Part shown: positions 55,391-64,000 of the stretch, in pieces
How the letters are laid out: every line of letters starts with the position of its first letter
Numbering within the stretch: position 1 is the stretch's first letter
Assembly (NCBI GenBank): GCA_963727455.1
Contig: CAVSGG010000017.1
Coordinates: forward strand, 32,001-96,000
DNA: 64,000 nucleotides
DNA from: Candidatus Krumholzibacteriota bacterium
GTDB taxonomy: Bacteria > Krumholzibacteriota > Krumholzibacteriia > JAJRXK01
Reading direction: 5' to 3'
Made by a program: the position numbers and the translations under genes
Notes under the pieces: generated by a model
What the model was told of the DNA's origin: nothing
What the model saw: the letters and a program-made list of their open reading frames with translations, nothing else
Database searches by the model: none

Positions 55391-56485
55391 ATGATGAGAA
55401 CCCAGCGCGCATTTTTCAGGGCCCGCGTCTTTCGCCACTACCGGGCGGCCGTGGTCCTGCTCGGACTTTGGAGCCTGAGCTTGGGGGCGGCCGGCGCCCG
55501 CGCGGCAGACGACCGCGACTTACTCAGCTTCGAGCTGGAGCGGACGGACACCGTGTTGGAGCACGTGCAGGAGAATCTGCGCGAGGCCAACAACCCCCGT
55601 CTCCACGAGCTCTTCAAGCAGGCAGTTGCCGTGCAGGAGATGGCCCGGCGGCTTTTCGAGGCCAGCCCGGCCACGATCGATGCCGCGGGCAAGCTGCGGG
55701 TTCTCGGACTGACGCGGCGTGCACGTGACATGGCGCTGCGCATCCAACGGGAAGTCCGCAAAGACGTCACCTTTCAAGAGCAAGCGCGCCGGCTACTTGA
55801 AAGGTCCCGCGCACTTCTGGAGCGTATCGACGAAAACAGAGACAGAATCCGTGATCCACGAGTGCAGGCCGTGCTCGACAAAGCGCGCCGGCAGTTGTCC
55901 ACGGCGGAGCAGCAGTATGCGGACGGAAACTTCGAAGCGGCTCTGCGCCTTGCCGACTCCGCGAACTTACAGCTGAGAAATCTCCTTGAAGCGGTGCGCG
56001 ACAAGCTCAGTGTCGGGAGAGTCGAGCGGGAACTCGACCGGACCGATGGATTCTTGCTCAGAGCCAGGGACCGCTCCGACGCGAGTGACCCGAAGACTCA
56101 ACAGCTCTTGAAGCAGGCGAGCTTGCTGCAGGCCCGGGCCCGCGAGGCGGCCTCCTCCCAACGCTTCATGCAGGCGATGAAGCTCACGCGTCAGTCACGC
56201 AAGCTGCTGAGAGAGATCCTAGGCGAGTTCACGGATTCGGTAAGTCAGGAAGACTTCCAGCAGGCGCTTCAGCGCTTCGATGCCCGTCTGGAAAGCCTAC
56301 GAGAGGAGAATGAGGGGAAGTTCGTGGGTCCAGCCAACCAGCTGGTGAACCAGGCACTGCAATCGCGGGCCAGCGCGATACAGGCAGCTGATTCGCAGGA
56401 CTACTCGGCCGCTCTTGCGCGGATACGCGTAGGGCTCGATCTCCTCAACCGGGCGGGACGGCTGCTCGGGAACAGCTCCGGATAG
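55391..56485 (+). CDS. Exported all-helical repeat protein
   Basis: AGGAG RBS; signal peptide; repeated ELERTD/ELDRTD-type helical hairpins. Confidence 0.75.
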   Translation: MMRTQRAFFRARVFRHYRAAVVLLGLWSLSLGAAGARAADDRDLLSFELERTDTVLEHVQENLREANNPRLHELFKQAVAVQEMARRLFEASPATIDAAGKLRVLGLTRRARDMALRIQREVRKDVTFQEQARRLLERSRALLERIDENRDRIRDPRVQAVLDKARRQLSTAEQQYADGNFEAALRLADSANLQLRNLLEAVRDKLSVGRVERELDRTDGFLLRARDRSDASDPKTQQLLKQASLLQARAREAASSQRFMQAMKLTRQSRKLLREILGEFTDSVSQEDFQQALQRFDARLESLREENEGKFVGPANQLVNQALQSRASAIQAADSQDYSAALARIRVGLDLLNRAGRLLGNSSG

Positions 56486-56491
56486 AACGAC

Positions 56492-57811
56492 GTGGCGAGG
56501 GGGGTATCGCGGAGCTTCCTCATCTCGGCTCTGGTGGCGGCGATGCTCTCATGCGTCGCCGCTGTCGTGCGTGCGGCTCCCCCGCAACTCAGCAGCGCCA
56601 TCGAGCTGGGCTACGATCGTTTCGCTCAGGTCTTCAAGATCACCGACTCCATCCTTTTGGATTCGCTCGGTCCCAGCGCGAGCTTCCGAAGTAGTTCGAA
56701 GGACACGACCGACGTCTTCACGGAATTCAGGGCCCAGGGGGAGCTTCGCTTGCGGAATCCCGAGGGGATTCATCGCTATGACTTGCTTCTCTTGGGCTCC
56801 TTGGGCACATCCCTGAACCGCGCCACATTGGATGCCGTTTACCGTTACCGCGCACAGGAGAGTCCCACGAAGTGGGACCTGGAAGCGAAGGTGGAGGGGC
56901 GACAGTTCGTGTCGGACTCCTCCTTCAGTCTGAGCCATGACAATCTGCGGGCCTTCACCAGTGCGCGCTGGCGTCGGCGCGCCTCAGACCTGGTCGAATT
57001 CGGGCTCAAGCTGAAGGACGAAGATCTGCGATACGACGGCAGAAGCGCGTTCGAATACGACCAGAATCGCTGGACGGGGAGCGGATTGTTGAGTCTGGAT
57101 CAGGGACTTGGTCTCACTCTCGATCTGGAAGCGGGGGGAGGAGCACGGACGGTTCCCGACAGCACGCAGATCAGCTACCGGCGCGGCTTTCTCAATGCGG
57201 ATCTGCTCTGGCTCTTTGGTGCAGGTCATTCGCTGTCCTGCTTCAGCACCTTCGAGCGACGCATGTTTCACGATCCCAACACTCGCTCTGCCTACTGGGA
57301 CCTCGTGCTCGAGCCGCAACTGCGCATTTTAATGTCCCCTCTGTGGCGCTTGAGTCTGGATCTCTCTCAGGAGCTCCTGTTCTACGATACTGACGGTGAG
57401 GTCTATCAGGACACCTGGATCGGAGAGCTGGGGATCGGCCTGACCCGCCGCCTGGGTGAGCTCGAGCTGGGCGTGCAACCGCGCTGGTCATGGGACTCTT
57501 CCCCTCGTTTCGCCGACGACGAGTATCACCAGCCTTCGGTGGTGGTGAAGGCCGATCTCTATGGCACCGGCCGGCTCTGGTTCACTTTCAGCGAGGAGAT
57601 CGGTCGCAGGTTCTATGCGACTCCTCCGGCGAGTTCGATCCAGCTCTACACGGACTACACTTTCTTCCGAACTACCCTCATGGCCACGCTCAGTGTCTCC
57701 AAGAGATTCAGTCTCAACGCCTTTGTCAGCGACCAACCCGACAATCACCTCAGGGAAGAGGACGACAGCCGGCTCACCCTGTATAGTCTTTCGCTCAGAG
57801 CCAGTTTTTGA
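56492..57811 (+). CDS. Putative outer-membrane beta-barrel protein
   Basis: Signal peptide; alternating amphipathic strands; C-terminal LSLRASF beta-signal. Confidence 0.72.
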   Translation: MARGVSRSFLISALVAAMLSCVAAVVRAAPPQLSSAIELGYDRFAQVFKITDSILLDSLGPSASFRSSSKDTTDVFTEFRAQGELRLRNPEGIHRYDLLLLGSLGTSLNRATLDAVYRYRAQESPTKWDLEAKVEGRQFVSDSSFSLSHDNLRAFTSARWRRRASDLVEFGLKLKDEDLRYDGRSAFEYDQNRWTGSGLLSLDQGLGLTLDLEAGGGARTVPDSTQISYRRGFLNADLLWLFGAGHSLSCFSTFERRMFHDPNTRSAYWDLVLEPQLRILMSPLWRLSLDLSQELLFYDTDGEVYQDTWIGELGIGLTRRLGELELGVQPRWSWDSSPRFADDEYHQPSVVVKADLYGTGRLWFTFSEEIGRRFYATPPASSIQLYTDYTFFRTTLMATLSVSKRFSLNAFVSDQPDNHLREEDDSRLTLYSLSLRASF

Positions 57812-57835
57812 GCCCTTGGCAAAGCGAGAGCGGAG

Positions 57836-58723
57836 ATGATCGAACGAACCCTCGAGCACGTGTTTCAAACGCTGCACGAACGCACGGAGCGTCCTGTTCC
57901 CTGGAGTGGCAATGCGGAGGCCCCCTGGAGCGAGGCGGAGTTTTCGCGCAACTATGCCCGCGCCGCGGTTCGAGACGCGATCATTAGCTCCCAAGAACTC
58001 GAGCACATCGTGGCGGCGGCTCAGCTCTCGGTTCATCCCACACCCCAAGATGTGCGGGACGTGCTCGACTTGGGTTGCGGAGATGGTCGTCTGCTGCTTC
58101 CCCTGGCGCGGATGGGTCACCGCGGCTACGGCTTCGATTTGGGTCCTTCTCCCGTGAACTCCCTGAGGGAGCTCGCGACGCGTCATTCTCTTTCTATCGA
58201 AGCGCTTACCGCCGATCTGCGGAGCTGGGCCAAGGGGGAGTTCTCGCTGGGGCCACCCGACGGATTCGATCTGGCGCTCCTCTCCTTCGGGACCCTGGGA
58301 GCAGTCCCGAAACGCGAGGGAGTCGAGCTTCTCGCGGCGCTCAGCCGGCGCCTGAGGGTGGGGGGGATCTTGCACCTGGACATGGGTCTCTCGCTTGGCT
58401 TCGCCGAGGAACTGGACGGGCGGCAGGAGTGGTGGACGAGTGAGGACTTCGTGCCCGGCAGGGGCGCCCAATTGGTGCTCGACGACCAGGCCTTCTATGC
58501 GCGGGAGCGCGTTTTCGTGCGCCGAACCTATTCCATGTTTCTCGACGGATCGCTTCGCTTCACCGAGCTCACGCAGACGAGTCAGCTCTACGAGTGCGAG
58601 GAACTGTGTGAGATCTTGAGCGGGGAAGGGCTGGAGGTGGAGGAGAAAAGCGGGGACTTCCTTGGAACTCCTTACAACTCCACCAGCAGCGAAAATCTCG
58701 TCCTGGTGGCCCGCAAAAAGTAG
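57836..58723 (+). CDS. Class I SAM-dependent methyltransferase
   Basis: VLDLGCGDGR motif I, GFDL, FDL, GGILHLD. Confidence 0.9.
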   Translation: MIERTLEHVFQTLHERTERPVPWSGNAEAPWSEAEFSRNYARAAVRDAIISSQELEHIVAAAQLSVHPTPQDVRDVLDLGCGDGRLLLPLARMGHRGYGFDLGPSPVNSLRELATRHSLSIEALTADLRSWAKGEFSLGPPDGFDLALLSFGTLGAVPKREGVELLAALSRRLRVGGILHLDMGLSLGFAEELDGRQEWWTSEDFVPGRGAQLVLDDQAFYARERVFVRRTYSMFLDGSLRFTELTQTSQLYECEELCEILSGEGLEVEEKSGDFLGTPYNSTSSENLVLVARKK

Positions 58724-58810
58724 GTGCGAATCTGGCGCGTCATCTGCACTATGTTTCCAGCGCGGTCACAAGCTGATTTCCGATGATGGTTCGTTCCTTC
58801 TGGAGGTTCC

Positions 58811-61396
58811 ATGCGACGCCCCCTGGTCCCATTGGCGTTGGTTCTCGTTGCGTCGATTTCCGCGGTCCCCCTACGGGTTCTGGCCCAAATCGTCTCCCCG
58901 CGTGACGGTGGGGACTTGCCCGCGGCTTACCATGAACTGATCGCGCGAGATCCTCACGCTTTCACCATGAGGCACGCCTGGATCGAGAAGGCCAAAAAGC
59001 TTCGCAGCGAGCGTGGTCGCGCGATCGCAGAAGGCTCGACCAAAGCTGCCGCTTCTTACAAGGTGAGCGGAACCTACCACATTCCGATTTTTCCCGTGAC
59101 CTACGCGAATACTTCCGCCGAGCCGTATCCCGTGAGCGATTTGCAGAGCGAACTCTTTGGTCCCTCGCCATCGGGCTACGATCTCAGCGAGTTCTACGAC
59201 GAGATTTCCTACGGCAACATCCAGGCGAGCGGCACCGTCTACGATTGGGTCTCGCTCCCGCAGGACGACACCTACTACGAGGGTGGAGTCAACGGTCTCG
59301 ATCCGTCCCAGGCCAAGGTTGGCGAAATTATCAAGACGTGCCTCGATACCTACGATCCCAGCGTCGACTTCGGGCTCTACGACAATGATGGGCCGGACGG
59401 AATTCCCAACAGCGGCGATGACGACGGCTACGTTGACTTCGTGGCCTTCGTGCAGCCGGAGCAGGGTGGGGAATGCGGGGGAAATGGCAACATCTGGTCG
59501 CATCGCTGGGTCTATCAGGCCTGGAACATCAGCGGGAACATGCCCTATCAGACCAACGATCCTTCCGCCAATGGCGGCGTGATTCTCATCGACGACTATA
59601 CGATCCAACCCGCGCTCTCTTGCGCCATGGGGGCCCCCATGGTGGAAATCGGCGTGTTCTGCCACGAGTTCGGCCATGCCTTCGGACTGCCCGATCTCTA
59701 CGACACCGATGGCGGCACTTCACAGGGACTGGGGCACTGGGGTCTGATGGCGGCGGGTAACTGGAACAAACCGGATTCACCGGCGCACATGTCGGCCTGG
59801 TCCAAGGCGGAGTTGGGCTGGCTCACTCCGATCGCGGTCGATTGGCAGGGGGCGACGGTGGATATCCCTCCGGTGGAGACCAATCCCGTCGCTTACGAGC
59901 TCTCTTTCAACGAGGATCGCTGGAAAGTGCGCAGTGACTGCGCACTGAACGGAAGCAAGAGCTTGACCGTAGGTCTCGACAACACCGAGGCCGCGGTCCG
60001 CGGTTGGGCCGCGGGCAGGGGATACGGGAATTTCTGGCGCGAGACGGTGGCTCACGACTTCCACTTCGACGGCACTGGATCGGTATCCCTCAGCTTCGCC
60101 TATCGCAAGGACAGCGAGGGCGGATACGACTACACCTATTGCGTGCTCGAAGTGGGCTCGGTGGAGACGCTCTTGGCCGCCTATGACAATGTGGGCAGCG
60201 GCAATGAAAACTTGGACCTCACTCCTTATCTGGGAAGTTCGGAGACCGATTACCGGGTCAAGTTCCGTTTTGTCTCCGACGCGGGCTACTCCGACGAGGA
60301 TGGAAACTACCTTACGGCCTGTGCTCCTTTCGTAGTGGATGATGTTCAGGTGACGGGAGGAGGCGAGAGCTATTCCACCGATTTCGAGACGAACCGCGCG
60401 GGCTGGTATCAGCCCGACGATGCACTGGACAATCCAGTTTCCGAAAAGTGGCTGGTGGAGAACCGCCAAATCGCGGGCAGTGAGACCTATCTGCACGGAA
60501 CGGGGTTGGCGATCTACCACGTGGATCAGGAAGTCGCCCACAGCTACCTGGGAAACGATGGGGGCGTTTCCAACGCAACGGTGCGGGGAGTGGCCATGGA
60601 GCAGGCCGACGGTGACGAGGATCTGGAGGCAGGGTTGAATCGCGGCGACAACGGAGACCTTTGGCCGGGGATCAGCATGCAGTCCACCTTTGGTTCCACT
60701 TCGAATCCCTCTTCCGTCGACAATTCTGGTTATCCCACTCTCATCCAAGTCTCTTCCATTTCCCAGAACGGCAGCGACATGACCGCCACTTTAGTCGCGG
60801 GAGATCCCGCGCCCATCCTCAGCGGAATCGACCCCGTTAGCGAAGGAAATGGGCGGTCCATCCACCTCGATCTGCTCGGGGAGGAAAACGTGCGGCACGG
60901 GGCCACGCTCGTCCTTTCCAAGAGCGGTTCGCCCGACCTCCCGGCCACCTTGCACTGGACCGATTTCGATACGGTCGACGCGGAGTTGAATCTCTCTGGT
61001 GCCGAGCCCGGCCAGTACGACGTCGTGCTTCAGAATCCGGACGGCCAGAACACAGTCCTCGCTCAGGGCTTCGAGGTGCTCGCGGTCACCGCGGCCCCTG
61101 TAGTGGGTGCGGGTCCGGCGCGGATGGCATTGGCGCAGAACTATCCCAACCCCTTCAATCCCGTCACCACGATTCGCTACCAGCTCGATCGGAGCGGTCC
61201 GGTGCGGTTGGTGGTACTGGATGTGAAGGGTCGGGTCGTGAAGACCCTGGTGGAGGAATCGCGGGATGCCGGCTGGTACTCGGTGCGCTGGAACGGGACG
61301 GACGAGCGCGGCAAAATGGTCGCAAGCGGCCTCTATTTCTACCAGATGACCGCGAACAATTTCGAAGCGCGTAAGAAGCTACTCCTTCTCAAATGA
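58811..61396 (+). CDS. M6 family (immune inhibitor A-like) metalloprotease with FlgD-Ig/T9SS-like CTD
   Basis: IWSH, HEFGHAFGLPDLYD, WGLMAAG, LVENRQ, AIYHVD; QNYPNPFNP...ASGLYF. Confidence 0.92.
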   Translation: MRRPLVPLALVLVASISAVPLRVLAQIVSPRDGGDLPAAYHELIARDPHAFTMRHAWIEKAKKLRSERGRAIAEGSTKAAASYKVSGTYHIPIFPVTYANTSAEPYPVSDLQSELFGPSPSGYDLSEFYDEISYGNIQASGTVYDWVSLPQDDTYYEGGVNGLDPSQAKVGEIIKTCLDTYDPSVDFGLYDNDGPDGIPNSGDDDGYVDFVAFVQPEQGGECGGNGNIWSHRWVYQAWNISGNMPYQTNDPSANGGVILIDDYTIQPALSCAMGAPMVEIGVFCHEFGHAFGLPDLYDTDGGTSQGLGHWGLMAAGNWNKPDSPAHMSAWSKAELGWLTPIAVDWQGATVDIPPVETNPVAYELSFNEDRWKVRSDCALNGSKSLTVGLDNTEAAVRGWAAGRGYGNFWRETVAHDFHFDGTGSVSLSFAYRKDSEGGYDYTYCVLEVGSVETLLAAYDNVGSGNENLDLTPYLGSSETDYRVKFRFVSDAGYSDEDGNYLTACAPFVVDDVQVTGGGESYSTDFETNRAGWYQPDDALDNPVSEKWLVENRQIAGSETYLHGTGLAIYHVDQEVAHSYLGNDGGVSNATVRGVAMEQADGDEDLEAGLNRGDNGDLWPGISMQSTFGSTSNPSSVDNSGYPTLIQVSSISQNGSDMTATLVAGDPAPILSGIDPVSEGNGRSIHLDLLGEENVRHGATLVLSKSGSPDLPATLHWTDFDTVDAELNLSGAEPGQYDVVLQNPDGQNTVLAQGFEVLAVTAAPVVGAGPARMALAQNYPNPFNPVTTIRYQLDRSGPVRLVVLDVKGRVVKTLVEESRDAGWYSVRWNGTDERGKMVASGLYFYQMTANNFEARKKLLLLK

Positions 61397-61416
61397 ACTT
61401 CCCGGCCATCCGCTGA

Positions 61417-62946
<1,530 letters not shown>

Positions 62947-63094
62947 GGGTTTTCGAGCGATCGCGCAGGGCTTCCCGTTCGCTCGCGTTCGAATTGCCCC
63001 GCCCTCGGCGGGCACCTATACTATGAACGAATAGCGCAGGGACTCAGGATGTACGGGATCGAGAACTTGCGGCACCCACGCGGGAGTTAGCGAA

Positions 63095-63988
63095 ATGAGT
63101 AAGCAAAGCGGTGAGGACCGGCTCCGCCTAAAGGTCGGCTTGGCCGAAATGCTCAAGGGTGGCGTCATCATGGACGTCACCAACGTCGAGCAGGCCAAGA
63201 TCGCCGAAGACGCGGGAGCGAGCGCGGTCATGGCTCTCGAGAGAATCCCCGCGGACATTCGCGCGGACGGCGGAGTCGCCCGCATGTCCAACCCGCGCAT
63301 GATCCAGGACATCATGGATGCGGTGAGCATCCCCGTCATGGCGAAATGCCGTATTGGTCACTTCGCGGAGGCTCAGATCCTCCAGGCGATAGGGGTGGAC
63401 TTCGTGGATGAGAGCGAAGTTCTCACTCCCGCCGACGAGGAACATCACGTCGACAAGTTTGCCTTCGAAGTCCCCTTCGTGTGCGGATGCAGGAACTTGG
63501 GAGAAGCTCTGCGCCGCATCGGAGAGGGAGCAGCGATGATGCGCACCAAGGGCGAGGCGGGTACCGGCGACATCGTAGAGGCAGTCCGTCACATGCGCGC
63601 CGTGCAGGGAGGCATCCGAAGACTCCAGATGCTCCGTGAGGAAGAACTCATGGCCGAGGCGAAGAACCTTGGTGCCCCGTACCACGTATTGCTCGAAGTT
63701 CGCGAGAAGGGCAAGTTGCCGGTTCCGAACTTTGCCGCCGGCGGTATCGCAACCCCAGCAGACGCATCCCTGATGATGCAGCTGGGTGCGGAGTCGGTCT
63801 TCGTCGGCAGTGGCATCTTCAAGAGTGACGATCCGTCGGCAAGAGCGAAGGCGGTGGTGCAGGCCGTCACTTTCTTTGACGATCCGAAGAAACTGGCAGA
63901 AGTCAGCCGCGAACTCGGCGATGCGATGCGCGGCCAGTCGGTGGAGAAACTCTCCAAGGAAGAGCTGCTCGCCGGCCGAGGTTGGTAG
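63095..63988 (+). CDS. pdxS: Pyridoxal 5'-phosphate synthase lyase subunit
   Basis: [47 protein letters not shown]. Confidence 0.97.
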   Translation: MSKQSGEDRLRLKVGLAEMLKGGVIMDVTNVEQAKIAEDAGASAVMALERIPADIRADGGVARMSNPRMIQDIMDAVSIPVMAKCRIGHFAEAQILQAIGVDFVDESEVLTPADEEHHVDKFAFEVPFVCGCRNLGEALRRIGEGAAMMRTKGEAGTGDIVEAVRHMRAVQGGIRRLQMLREEELMAEAKNLGAPYHVLLEVREKGKLPVPNFAAGGIATPADASLMMQLGAESVFVGSGIFKSDDPSARAKAVVQAVTFFDDPKKLAEVSRELGDAMRGQSVEKLSKEELLAGRGW

Positions 63989-64000
63989 TGACGCAGCCGG

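Overview
GC-rich bacterial chromosomal window with about 50 CDSs and no rRNA, tRNA, CRISPR array, integrase or transposase that I could recognise. Three secreted proteins carry PNPFNP-type (FlgD-Ig / T9SS type A-like) C-terminal domains and two end in a short S[WL]GxxKxRF tail. This suggests an FCB-group candidate lineage such as Krumholzibacteriota/Latescibacterota/Eisenbacteria (inference only). Most of the window is housekeeping or transport: corA, pepD, fabH, rnd, PFK, lipA, proS, pdxS, an RND system, and a cobalamin riboswitch upstream of a TonB-dependent receptor operon. The standout is an accessory block at about 14-24 kb. An ECF sigma factor fused in one chain to an anti-sigma-like domain, a TM helix and TPRs lies head-to-head with an operon encoding an exported TPR-CHAT (caspase-like) protease with an intact His/Cys dyad, an orphan protein and a degenerate subtilase. 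A gingipain-family (C25) protein that appears to lack its catalytic Cys and a secreted beta-helix protein flank it. This is a candidate CRISPR-independent, protease-gated transmembrane sigma-release system. All calls come from reading motifs by eye; no database searches were run.
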